A stretch of DNA of 63,863 nucleotides from Phoronis australis (lineage: Eukaryota > Animalia > Phoronida): assembly GCA_002633005.1 (NCBI GenBank), contig NMRA01000741.1, positions 106,958-170,820 of the forward strand. Direction: 5' to 3'. Positions 12,285-26,400 of this stretch are shown one piece after another. Each line of letters begins with the position of its first letter. Within the stretch, counting starts at the first letter, position 1. Both the position numbers and the translations under genes were made by a program. The notes beneath the pieces were generated by a model that had not been told where the DNA came from, made no database searches, and saw nothing but the letters and a program-made list of their open reading frames with translations.

Positions 12285-15200
12285 ATGGCTTCAGAAGAAG
12301 TGTTATTTTTGAGAGATCAAGGTAAAAATTAGTTACATTCTGTCAATGCCAGAGGCAGAGAGAGTGTCAGTTCAATCGGTGGTCACTGGTCGGATGTTGC
12401 AGTCGCTGATGGGGTCGAATCTTGGTCGTCGACTGATCCACCAAAGAGTAATTTGTCATGACTTAGCGATTTAGAGAGACCTATATATACACGTATGTCA
12501 CACCTCAAACTGGAAATCCGCAATAATGCAAAATGGTCCTTTGTTGTTCTGCCTAACCTTTTCATTTTCTAATCTTGAGAGTGATCATGCAGTGCACACT
12601 TGATAGGAATGCAACAATTTAATGTGATGGTTGCTGCAGCAGCTGGATGTATTGGCCAAGAACAATTGATAGTTGTATGAACAGGTAATCCATGAAGTTC
12701 TGCTACACCAATTCATTGCAGCTAAGTCTGCTTAACTAGAAATAGACCTGCTCCTGTCAGACACATGCATTGTAAAATGAGCTTTGTAGGTTTCAATAGC
12801 AATTTTCATGTGAGAATCATTGCTTCCTCTATGAATGACACAGCTATTCACTGAGTGCACTTAATTTCATTATACTTGGGTCTGTGCACTCTGAGATGCG
12901 ACTCCCAATGTGAAAATGTATATTTGTAGGTGTTTTCATCAATTTGTCTAGGCAATATGTAGCCCCTCGGTTGGCTGGTTAGGGGCTAAAATACTTCCCA
13001 TCGCTTTCTGTGTTAATTTCGTTTTGTGAATTTTCAACGGGCGGTAGGCGAAATATGCTCAATGATTAAGAGTTTTCACCTCATCAAAAAAACATTCTAC
13101 ACTTAAAACTATATCACTTAGCGAAAGCGCTTACTTTCTTCAGTGATCCTTTGTACTTCTACGCATATCTTTGATGAAGCTTGGTTACGGGAATTAAGGT
13201 GAATTTGGCGAATAACTCCACTTTTTGGTCACCGTTAACTTTTTCACCGTGTGCATGATAACCACAAAGTATTTCAACTGAGTCACGTGAGTTAGGCAAA
13301 GGCTAGCGCGAGACTGAGCAAAGCGCGTGACGCTGTCATGTGACACTTGCAAAATAGCATGGGAAGATATCTGGTGAAATTTGTGAGATTTGTGTCCTTA
13401 GACTTTTTATTCGTCGACATGCATGATTTCCTTAAAATGGCACCCGGTGAGAAAAACTCGAGCAAACTGCGACAGATTTTCATGGATATGTTCAAGTTAT
13501 GCTGACTAAATTATATCCAGAGTCCTGGTATGTGTTAATTATAACTCCCATGTGCCTATGTATGTTCCATTCAATTTTATTTGCTGTATTTTGAAATGAG
13601 TAACTTTCTATAGGGATATACTATCGTCCCTGTATGCCTGCGGCATTCAGGGGATTTAATTGCCTACAATTTGTCATTTTTACCCTTTTTGGTTGTGCGT
13701 TACAAATGTTGAATGTACCCGATTCAGTAGAGATATCATTTGGAGTCTGCGTGTGTATTTGTGCAAAAGCTCTTCTAAGCACTTTCAGGTAAATGTTCAT
13801 TCTTTATTGCAGTTCAGAGACTGAACACTGTCCTGTCCGAGTACCAGAAACAGTACGCTTCCTTCACACCATCCCACAATGCTTTATCCTTGGCCGACGT
13901 CCCTTCGGCACCTTGGCTGATTGACAAGAGGTACAAGTAATTTCCTGTTTTTACCATGGTGTTCTGTGCCTTCAGCAAAATCTTATCAAAATATTTTCTA
14001 AAATGGTTCTTTTTATGGTTTTTCTGAGAGTTTCAACATTAATGTCTGTACCCACAAGTTTTTGAAACTCCTACGATCAGAAGATATTGTTGAATAAATC
14101 TCAATGCAATGAAAACTTTCTTTGCTTTGACTTGTGAAATGTGGCTTGAGTACTTTTCAATTAACTTTCTTTTTTCTTCTTGCTCTTTTTTGGGCATGAT
14201 GTATCAAGACATCTGGAAAGTTTGGAAACTCTTGTAATATTCAATGTTATAATGTAGGAGTGTGCTGTTGTATTAGCTAAAAAAATACAATCTTACGTCC
14301 AAGTATAAAACAATATTTTTAACTTACGGTTCTGTTTTCTTATGCAGGGAGTGTAAAATCATACAAAACATCTGCGTTAACTTTATGATTATTTCATCGT
14401 TTTTCAAATTCATGTTTGCAGCTTGATAGCTCCACTTATAGCTGAGTATGAGATGGTTTTTCAGCAACTGAAGGAAGAAAATGACAAATACAAGGTAAGA
14501 AAACATTTCTGCTACATCCGTTCATTATAAAACATTTTTTTTTCATTTTAATGATTGCTTCACCTGTTTTATTGTTCATTGAAAAATTATTTGCACATTT
14601 TTCGTGACAAATATGATAATGGTCTGCAGCCGTCTCATTGTGAAATCTGCTTTCCAAGTTGGCACCATGTGGTGTTGTTTGTTATTTCGTACTTTGTCCT
14701 TTATTTTTGCAATAAATGTTTACTAAAATAAAAAGAAATAAAAATAGAATCCCGGCTCATTTCGCCTGGCATCTGGTGACCTTTTTTTGTAAATATTGAC
14801 AACTAAAAACAGTTATGCTATTTTTTGGCCTTAGATGTTAAATTTTGTGCTGCTTTTGTTCTTAGGATTCATGTATTTGTTCCAACCACAATGATGATGC
14901 TCTTTGTAATTACCTCCTACGTTTCATATTCCAATGTCTAGTTTAGATTTGGGTTGCAACGAATGTGAATGCAGTCTGGTTATTTGTAGGAAGAAATCAA
15001 GAACTTGTCTCAGCACGTTGATCAGCTGGTGTCCGAGAATAAAAGGTACATTTCTGTCGTATGAAAACTTGTACTTGCACAAGTCGAGTGAATTATTTAT
15101 AAGTTTTCCTTAAATAGGGGATACATTATGGATGCAGTAATGCAATCATTTGTTAGCTCTGTATTGTAACTCATTGTTGAATTTTAATGAATGTTTTTAA

Positions 15201-17411
15201 CAAAGTAAATACCTCTATTTCGTGCGATGGTTATTACATGGTTGTGTTTCCATGACATGCCATTGAAACAACTGAAGTGAATGTTACTGGCAAAAACAGG
15301 ATGGGTGAAAAGAAACTAGGCTGTAAAAAACAGTAATACAGTCATTCCTATTTCAAATTTATTGAAACAAATAATCCATGTACTTTGTGACATGCAAAAT
15401 GAAAGGAAACCTTCATACTTCAAACAAACTTTTGAAGATAATTGTCTGAGGTATTGAAAACCTGAATACAGGTCTCCAAGTCCTCGAGTGTGCAAGATTT
15501 TAAGTTGCAGATCTGTTTTGTGTAATCTCACAGGTAAAAATCACATGAGTGAGACCTGGAGGTCATTTATGAGGTCCACATTGTCCCATCCAATGTCCTG
15601 TAAAATGTTAGTCTAACTGCACACGCTTGTCTGAGTAAACACAGAATGGGTTGTATGGAAAATATCACCATAATACTATGTGTGCCATACATACCATTAC
15701 TGTAGTCTGCAAGAAATTCCCATCAGTTTTATTTGTTTAAAAACTGTTTTCGTCGTAACTTTATTGACAACAAAAATTCTATTAGCGAATTTTGATGTCA
15801 GGTTACTTTTCACCCACCCTGTATAACTGGATTCCATTTAATTTCACTTGTAACTTGCAAGACACTTCCAACATGATGTCCTATGTACTGGTAACAATAA
15901 GAGTTGTATTTGTTTTCTCCCATAATTCATTAGTCCGGCATAGTCTTGCTGTCACTGTCAAGAGCTGCCATTAAATTACCCTGATCTCGACGAAATTGCA
16001 ATCTTACCTAAATGAAGGCACTAATTGAATAATCGATTGTCCCTTGTGTGTTTTCAGATTAACACGCGAATTGAAAGATACCGTTCAGACTAAACTAGAG
16101 GAATATGACGTAGAAGCCCTGCAGCCCAGTACTGTGGACGATCAGATGTTGTACAATTTTCAGACTCAGTTGCAATTGGCGCTACAGGTTTGTGTAGTTC
16201 TGTCGTCAATTATTGTGCAAATGCATTGTTGTTCGTGTTAATGTTGTTGTTGTTGTTGATGNNNNNNNNNNNTAAGTTTTCCTTAAATAGGGGATACATT
16301 ATGGATGCAGTAATGCAATCATTTGTTAGCTCTGTATTGTAACTCATTGTTGAATTTTAATTAATGTTTTTAACAAAGTAAATACCTCTATTTCGTGCGA
16401 TGGTTATTACATGGTTGTGTTCCCATGACATGCCATTGAAACAACTGAAGTGCAAAAACAAGATGGATGAAAAGGAACTAGGCTGTAAAAATCAGTTATA
16501 AAGTCATTCCTATTTCAAATTTATTGAAACAAATAATCCATGTACTTTGTGACATGCAAAATGAAAGAAAACCTTCATACTTCAAACAAACTTTTGAAGG
16601 TCGTTGTCTGAGGTATTGAAAACCTGAATACAGGTCTCCAAGTCCTCGAGTGTGCAAGATTTTAAGTTGCAGATCTGTTTTGTGTAACCTCACAGGTAAA
16701 AATCAGATGAGTGAGACCTGGAGGTCATTCATGAGGTACACATTGTCCCATCCAATGTCCTGTAAAATGTTAGTCTAACTTCACACGCTTGTCTGAGTAA
16801 ACACAGAATGGGTTGTATGGAAAATATCACCATAATACTATGTGTGCCATAGATACCATTACCGTAGTCTGCAAGAAATTCCCATCAGTTTTATTTGTTT
16901 AAAGACTGTTTTCATCGTAACTTCATTGACAACAAAAATTCTATAAGCGAATTTTGATGTCAGGTTACTTTTCACCCACCCTGTATAACTGGATTCCATT
17001 TAATTTCACTTGTAACTTGCAAGACACTTCCAACATGATGTCCTAGGTTATATACTGGTAACAATAAGAGTTGTATTTGTTTTCTCCCATAATTCATTAG
17101 TCCGGCATAGTCTTGCTGTCACTGTCAAGAGCTGCCATTAAATTACCCTGATCTCGACGAAATTGCAATCTTACCTAAATGAAGGCACTAATTGAATAAT
17201 CGATTGTCCCTTGTGTGTTTTCAGATTAACACGCGAATTGAAAGATACCGTTCAGACTAAGCTGGAGGAATATGACGTAGAAGCCCTGCAGCCCAGTACT
17301 GTGGACGATCAGATGTTGTACAATTTTCAGACTCAGTTGCAATTGGCGCTACAGGTTTGTGTAGTTCTGTCATCAATTATTGTGCAAATGCATTGTTGTT
17401 GTTCCTGTTAA

Positions 17412-17474
<63 letters not shown>

Positions 17475-20400
17475 AGAGATGATAATTGTGACTTTCAAGA
17501 GCAGACCCGATTTGAAAGTTGAATTTCAGTTGACAAAAAGTGCTGGGTGATCTGAACTGATTTGATTTCTGAGAATTAAACGTATATGTTGAGATACATG
17601 TAAAACGTATTGCAACTTTCCTGTTTTGTTTAATGGAAAACATCGATTTCATTTTATATCAAATTCATGGAGATACTTGGATTTCATTTAGATTATGAAC
17701 TATTCTCATAATTTGGAACTGCTTGGTAACAAGTTCAGGGATTCGTGATATGTTAATTACATTGTAAATTATTGTATCTATGAAGAGACGGACATGACTT
17801 TGTGGTAAATGGGTACCATGGTGACGGACATGACTATGTGGTAAATGGGTACCATGGTGATGGGCAGGTTTTAGGATGAGCTAGCTGATGATAAATTGAA
17901 GCCTACTGGCCATAAGGCGGGCTCATTTCTCACTAGGCTTGAGCATGCAATAATGTCGTGTGATGTTATTTCAGGAGAAGGAATCAGCTATGACTATGTG
18001 GGAGACTGCTACATCAGAAGTAGAAAGGTTGGAGGCGGAGCTTGCTGCTCAGAGGGCGGACCCATCTCTCAGGAAGCTGGAGCAGCAGGCAAATATGGTT
18101 TGTCTGTTTAAATCTTTTTCTCTAGTTTGTAAGACTGTTGCTGTTATCAAGGCATCACTTTGAACCATAAGGGTGTGCACTTCAACTATGTAACTACTTT
18201 CTTTACTACTCTCTGTCCTTTACAAAGATTTGGTTTTGTACATTTCTTGTTTTCAATGGTCATAACTTGTTCCAGCTGTTTTTAGGCCATCCATCGTCTT
18301 GTAAAATAAACCTATGCACCCCCATATAAAAATTAAGGCTGTGTAAATCAATTTATAATGTTGGAATACACTAAATGTCTTTTAGTCATCGATCACGTCA
18401 TTTGTCAGTTCAGGTGGTGGAATATTGTGTGCAGCCTGTATATTGACTTCATTATGACGTCGCACGGTGAGTGTTGGTAGTCTCCATTTCTTAGTAATTC
18501 TTTTCATACTGTCTTCTCAGCTCAAGGAACAATGCTCAATTACTGTGGCTGAATTGAATGCTGAGGTTATGAAGCTTCAAGACCAGCTGAGGTTTGATTT
18601 TAATTTCTTGCTGTCTGTCTACCTCTGTTTATTTTAATTTTTGATTAGATGTTATAAAATAAATGAGGAATTATTTCTACGAGATAGTTGTCAATAACAC
18701 AGAAACTTTCCAAATATCTATATTCATTTATTGGATCAAGTTAACATTATTGCTAACAGTTTTATCATTGCTTTTAATGAACACATGTATTGTACGAGAC
18801 AAAAGAATTGAGACAAAATACTGTTTTCCCGTCATGATAACTACTAATTGCTTTCAATAATTATTAGGCCATCAAAAATCTAATTGCAGAATGACTTAGG
18901 CACTTAACTAACTTTCCTGTTAATTTCTGTTCATTCTCGGTCATGAAAAAAGAATACTCTGAGGATGTATTCGGCTACTACCCTGCCATCATGAGAAGGA
19001 ATTCATTTTGTTTGAATACTTTTGGCTTGTCCTGTGTATTAACCATTATTGATCAACATTTTAGTGTTCTCTCCTGGTTTGTCCACAATAATGGTCCAAT
19101 ACACAAAAATACTACCCACACTGTACACAATTGATAGGTCTACTCTGTATGCCAACTACAAGACAGGAAGTGCTATTGCTGACGGTTGCGTTCTCTTGAC
19201 CACTATGTGTTCTAGATATCCATAGTTAGTGCAGTTGATACTGTGCTTAAGTCATTGCCTGGCAAATTTAGGAACGAACATTAACAAAGCTTTAGGAAGT
19301 TGTACAACATTCCATGTATGTTTGGCTGGGCGTATGCGTGGACAGAAATTCCCTATTTTTCACTGCAATCGTCCTCATCAAAATGCAGGTTCATGATTAT
19401 GCTAGTGTAACCACCAGAGGGCCTCAGATGTTCTCTAGCTACCCGCTCTGCCTCTAGCCAAGTCATTCAATTCTATTGACGTGCACGTAAATGCATACAT
19501 TTTTGCTGAAACTTTTTGTTTTCTTTTTGAAAGTCTTGTTGTTGCTATGATTTCTTGAAGCTGAGTGTTGCACTTACCTCCATTGCAGGTCTGGTGCTAA
19601 TGATAACAAAGTGTCCCACGTACAGATAGTGGAGCTGAGGTCTACACTGGATGAACTGAAGCAAGAGTTGGTGAATAAGGTAGGGTCGAGATGGGGTGGG
19701 ATACAGAGGTGGAGGCTGGAGGGAATGGGATACAGGGGTGACGGCAAGATACAGAGGATGGGGGAGAAGGGGATGGGGATATGGGGTGTAAGTACGGAAC
19801 TTATAGTCAGGTGACTTGTGTGCTGCTGAACAACTTTTAAGACCTAACTGGATGTGTTATTGATCCACTGTGCCGGTGTGATGTACCCCAGTTAAAAGGT
19901 GCAGGATCGAGATTAATTATTCTTGAAGTTAAGAAGTCGCATACGTGATTGATAAACCTCTTTAGACCTATGCGATAGCTCACCAGCAGTGTGTTGTATA
20001 AGTAGACAACCTGATAGATTCACGCCACATGACATCTTGAACAGACAACTTTGATTAGTCAATGTTTTTCTGTGCCACTGTGACAACATTCGGTACTATC
20101 CAGGAATGTCTTCAGTTTAGTCTGTGTCTAGTGTCAGGAACCCGTCCAATACTTGCGTACTGAAGCGAATATCTGGTGGGATGCACTTTTGATCCTAGGC
20201 TAGTACATGTTTTATAACCTTAATGTATGTTTGTAAGGCATGGAAAAGTCCAGGGGTTTTGCCTTTAAAGGAGAGAAAATGTCAATAGTGGATTTGAAAG
20301 TGTTACCATTAACAAATGGCATTCTGTATCTCCAGGGTTTTTCATTCAAGCTGCATATTAAGCATATGATGTGGAGGGCAACTGAAATTTTATTTTGTCA

Positions 20401-23400
20401 CATTTCGTAACAAAAATAAAGATTAAGAACATTTTATTCTTAGACTAATATTTGGTTGGTTTGTACTATGCTGATATCATAAAACAACATTTGATAACAT
20501 TTCCATTACTCTCGTTAAGGAGACCAGCCTTATAGAAGAAGGGTGATTTTGATAATTAATTTTATGCAAATTAAATGAAGAATTACCACTTTTACTTTAT
20601 TGTATTATTTTTAATGACAATGTTTTCTGTTGCGTATATTTGTTTTAGAAAACTAATAAAGTTCCAAATGGGACATCTTTGTAGACTGAGTACATGTGCA
20701 TATCCCTGAAGGTGATAGATTTCAATGTTATTCACTTTGTTCTTGACCAGGACCAGCTGATCACTGCTCAGCAGAAGAGGCAGTCTGACCTGGAGACAGT
20801 ACTTACAGAATCTCAGTCTAAGTGAGTATGATTCAACCTCGACCTGTGTGCGTGCTGACTGTTTGTTGCAGGTTCACGTCATTTGAAATAAAACTGGTTG
20901 TAATGATGCAGTACAGTATACGCCAAACGTAATCAGACAAAATTCTGCTGCTCTGTCATGACGTGTACTGACCCGTCATTACCTGTCATGACAAGTAATG
21001 AACTGTCGTGACAACCACTGTTGACTTCCACTTGCACTTGGCCATCTTGAAGAGGAATTCCACGGCATTTTGTTCGATATTATATTGTGAGGATTTCCAA
21101 ATACTTATTTGGAATTGCACTGACCTAATGATTTGTTGTATCAATGTGCAGTACCAGGCCTTTTCTCAAGGAAGGTTCAAGTTGATTTTAAAATCGCCCA
21201 ATACTATGTATTGGAACTTAATTCTTCATTATGTTTTTCATATTAGTGTTTGAATTAATATTTGCTCATATTAGCTGAGCTTTATTGTTTCTGCTAATAA
21301 GTTACTTTTTGTCTGCCTGTCAGAATTATAATTGGCACATTCCTATAATAGTGCATTCAAGCACCTGAGAACTTGACCTTCTTTGGTGACTGTAGGTCAC
21401 AGATCATCAATTTCACTGAGTTCACTAATGCTATTTTGTTGAACATCAATTTGATGAATTCTGTGACATGATTTCATTGCACATTACGGTGTGCTGTTGT
21501 TGCAGACTCGGTGCCTTAAAAACTGAAAATGCTCAACTCAAACAAGATCTACACGCTTCAGAGGAGCGCTGTACAGAGCTTCATAAGAAGGCGTAAGTGT
21601 TTGACAAATTACATGTTATTTCCATCTCATTGAATTGTCAATCGAATTTCAGCCATGTTTTCATTGTTAACGTCTGCCGTTTTGGTTTTATCAACTGTTG
21701 TCTTTTGGTGAAGACCTTGATATTCACTTGGTGGTGCCACTGAATAAAGACTACTTTCCTGTTTGTATTGAGTGAAATTGGAATGTTGTTCATCAGCATT
21801 AGACTGCTCATGGTATACTGTCTGTTCAGTATAGACAATAGAATTTTGGTGCCGTAATAGTTTTTAACAGTCATTTTTTGTTGATAGAATTATTCATAGT
21901 GACGGAAAAATGGTACCCAAATGTTTGTGTTTTATAAGTTGGACAGTTTATTAGCCAGTGCCACCTGGAGGAATTTTGAATTCATTTCTCAGCATTCCTT
22001 TCTTCATTCTAACTTGTAATCACAGTTGACCCAATTTCTGCTTCAGTTCCAACCATGAACAGAGGGAGTACGAGGCAGCGCTTCAGGTGAAAGACAGTGT
22101 TCAGATGGTGGAGAACGCCATGTTGGAAAAAGACCAGGTACACTTACGTGACTGACTGTAGGGAGAGGAAGTAGATTGAACAGCCACCCTCAATACTTTG
22201 TTCTCACCATCTGGTATTTGCTGTTTTCTGTGAAGTTCAAAAATGCAGATCTATTAATCTTTGACAATTACGTTTTTTAACTCCAACATTGTAAGAGGTC
22301 AGTACCTTTGTGTAATTGAAAATGCTTTCTAAAAGTTGGCATTATTTAATCACCTGCCGGGTTAGGTGCTTCAGCTGTTATAATTTTGAAAGTTATTTCT
22401 TTCATGTCTCTTAAGCCTGCATGACTTAGATATTTGTTTCATGAAAAGTCATTATTCAGCAACAAAATTGATTGAAGCTTTGCATGATTGACAGTCTCTG
22501 TGAATGACAGGTACTCACCATTTTACCTGATGTCTCCATCTTCATGTTTATGTCCAGTCATTGATCAAACCCTTGACATTAGTACCAGCTTGTTTTTTTG
22601 TCTAGGCTGTTGTGAGAGAGCAACAGAAGGGTGATGAGTGCCAGCGCCTACAGGAGGCGCTGAACAAGCTGATTGACGAGGCCGGAGTGAAGACCAAACA
22701 GGAAGTGGAAGCTGTGAAGCGTCAGTGTAACCGTAATATCGCCAAGTTGACGGAGGACTTAGAAAATGCAGAAGTGGTAAGTACTCAGTCGCTTAATTTG
22801 ACCAAGTTTGACCATGGTCAATACTGTAATCTCTTCAATTTTACATTCTGAAATAACAACTCTTTTATGTTTCAAGGCTTATTGCATTGTTAAAATGCTC
22901 AACTTTTAACCAAAGTTTTGTGTTGTTAAAGCTCTTCTGTTTATGATGATTTTAAGTTTTTCTCAAAGTTTATTGTTTTTGACAAGTTTGGAAATTAAGT
23001 TCCACTTGTAGGCCGTCTTGTGTGCTAAGTTGAGGAGCTTATTATTATTTCATTCAGATAATTCTTCAAGTAAGAACCACTGTGTATTCCACAGACCTTG
23101 CTGATTATTCAAATGCTGGCGTGCTTGCTTTTATTCTTACTCTAAGTCCTGATTACTTTATTTTGGACATTGAAAGTAAATATCCGCATAAAACTTAGCA
23201 CTCGAGACTAAAGTATTTCTGCTATGTGTCTTGTGTCAGCATACCATTAATCTCTTATTTGAAACATAAAAGGACAAGTGTTGATCAGGTATTGTTGCCA
23301 TCATGTTGAAAATGTCATTTCAGGAAAGTAGTCAAAAGCAGGCAGAGCTAGAACGGGCGATCCGAGAGAAAAGAGCAGCTGAGTCAGAATTGGAAAAGGT

Positions 23401-26400
23401 ATTAGTCGAGCACTCGAATCTGTGATTTCTTGGAAAGTTTGGGTATTCGAGCAGTCGGGTATTTAAGTTTTCGGAAAACTAGGCGTGTTATTTTGATATT
23501 TTAGGGTCATAGTGTAAGGTCAGCATTTTGATTTTAAATAAAAGCTGATTATGGTTCGCGAAGAAAAATATTTTTACTTTGTAGTGAAAGTGGCATTGAA
23601 AGACGTTAATGGTGATCAGTTTAGTTTAGTATTGTTTAAAAATCAATTTACAGTTTAAGGTCAACACATGCATTTTACACTTTTAGTAACTGTGCAGTCA
23701 ACATGCATTTATATTGTTGATTGGTAACATGTTCTACACGTAATATGAAGTCATGTAGACACTTAAAATTCACTACTGCTTCTGACTCCAATGAATGACA
23801 TATGATAGTGTGCTCTAGAATGTTTCTAAATGTTTGTTTTGTCATTGGTTACTGTGTGATTCCCTCAGCTTTATCAAGAAGGTCTGGCAGCAGGGTCCAA
23901 GCAGCTCGGGTCTTACGATGAGATTACCAACAGGGTGTGTCAGGCAGAGAGAGCTCGTGACGAGGCTCTTGTCAAGTTAGAGTCTCTGCAGGGGACTCAC
24001 AAGAGGGCGCTACTAAGGTGAACTGTTGTGTTCATTAAGTTTTCGTAATCCATTATTGTTTATGCTCCATTTCTTTCACTTTCTTGATTAATTTCACAGA
24101 ATGCTACCATTCCTTACAAGATTTTTGGTAAACATTCTTTTACATGTTTTTCTGAATTAAAGGGAAGCAATTCACTTGTGCACAGTTTTATATTGTCTTT
24201 CAACGCACTTGTAACAATCACTACAATAATGCTCATGTTGTCATGCTAAGGCAGAAGTTTCTGTTGAAATTTGTGAGCGAGAAAACCACTTTCTTTGACG
24301 AAATTTTAAATAAAAACAAAACATAACAAAGATGGCTGGCAGACGCTGAACGCTTAGTGAAAAGCATTGTGGGTAAAACTTATAAATAGCACAACCATGG
24401 GAGATAACTTCACATGGGAGATAACCTCTTAGTTTAAACACAAAGCTATACAACTATGATGCAAATATTTCAACAGTTTCCATAGTCAATAGCTTTGTCT
24501 TAAGTGTAGAAGCTTGGTAGACAACAATTAGATGTTTCAGCACATTGGATTCAGACATTTTCACTGATTATAAAAATCTGCAATGTAAACGAGGTAAAAT
24601 TCTTTTCTTTAAGTCATCATAGGGTAAGTGATATATAAGTACTTTTCTTTAAGTCATCATAGGGTAAGTGATATATAAGTACTGGAGTTAGTATTATCGT
24701 GTTCCTAGTGCTACTAAATATATATTGGTATCATTATAGCATTCTTTAATGCAACACGATGTGTCTCATCAGATTCATAATTTGTTATATTTATTTTCTT
24801 GAACCCTGCGGAGACTTGTAACTAAGATTTCTAATTTTCATTATCATTTTGTGTTGTCAGTCACGAGCAAGAAAAGAATAAACTGCAGACCAGTGTGGAC
24901 GACCTTCGAGCCAAGGTCAACAAGTTGAAGCAAGAATTTGACATTTGTGACGAGGACCGTGTGAAACTAAATGATGAGGTCAACTCCTTGAAGCAACAAA
25001 TGGGTGCGCTGCAGAAGGAACGAGAATCAGACAGACGCAAATTTGAGAAAGAGGCATGGCAATTTTTATGCATCTAGACAAATTATTTCAACAATTTCAC
25101 TTCAGAATGTCTTCATTTTGTTACACCTCCTGCTTTTTGAGTGTTCTGTTCACTGTTTTCCTTTGTATTTGTTCATTGTTGTCTCATTTTATTCTTTTCA
25201 TTGGAGCCAATTACATGCTCATTATTAACAGCTTTTTTCAATTGCCATACATGTGCTTGCCTCCTTGATAATGTTATTACTATATCTTGATCGGTGGCGA
25301 GTTGATCTCTGTTATGGATTCAGTGGTGTGCTTTTTTTCAACATGTTTTGTGACATTGGCACGAAGTTGCTCAGTCTCCCTAACATTCACGCGTGCGTGG
25401 CATCATGTCAAGTGGTGCTATCACAATGTCGTTAACAGAGCTTGATATCATTGTGTACTTGGGCGACATATTTGGAGGTGTGACCGTGAAGTCGTTTCCG
25501 CCGCTTTATTTTGCGGTGTTTTGTCTGCAGATTTCCTGCCTGCATCAAGACATGAAAGTGAAGCAGTTGGATTATGACATGAAGAGTCAGACTGCAGGTG
25601 ACGAACACCGCCACACGGTGACACAAATGAGAACTATGCTGGAAACTCAGCAGAAGATGAGTGCAAAGTAAGGGACTAACCGATGCAATGGAAGGCTACA
25701 CAGTGTAGAACATCATTTAGAACTTTGATTACATAAGAAATGTGTTCATATGTGATAATTGATTTGTGGTTGTGAAACTGTAAGTTTCTTTGTAATTTTT
25801 CTGTTGTCATTGGGTTGTATTCTTTACAGTTCAACGCTTCATTCTTAATACTTTTGATCACAACAAGTGGAGCTGTAAGTTAAGTAGAAGAAAATGTGAA
25901 ATGTGCAGGGCCTGGAGATTACTGCTGACATTGTGAGCTTTCTTTGAAAAATAAGCAACAGAAAATTAGACAACCACTGCCTTTATTGCTTAGAAATAGT
26001 TATCACAAATTTGTTCAGTGGTAACTCACTGCATAACAGCAGAATCTGATGTTTCTTGAAAATTTGATTTTGGCTGTGTTGTAGATGGAATAAAGAGTGT
26101 CAGACGATAACACAAAAGTTTGAAGCCAAGGTCAACAGCCTAAGGTCAGAGGTCACGAGGCATAAGTCAAGGAATGAAAGCCTGCAAAAGATACTGGAAG
26201 AATTAAAATCAAAAATGGTTGAAGTAAGGTTTCATTTCCGAGTAGCAGATTAGAATTTAATCAAGATGACAGCTTGTCATTGAAAGCTTGCCACATTTAA
26301 TGTTCTTATGAATTCCAAATTTTTTGTTCTGCAGGGTGAAAAATGAAGACGTGATACAAATGCTCTATCTTGTTAAACATACATTGCCTCATTTCAGGTG

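Noticed and set aside
17377-17652. Poly-Asn ORF on the minus strand
   Set aside because: Translation of the (GTT)n microsatellite in an SCLT1 intron.
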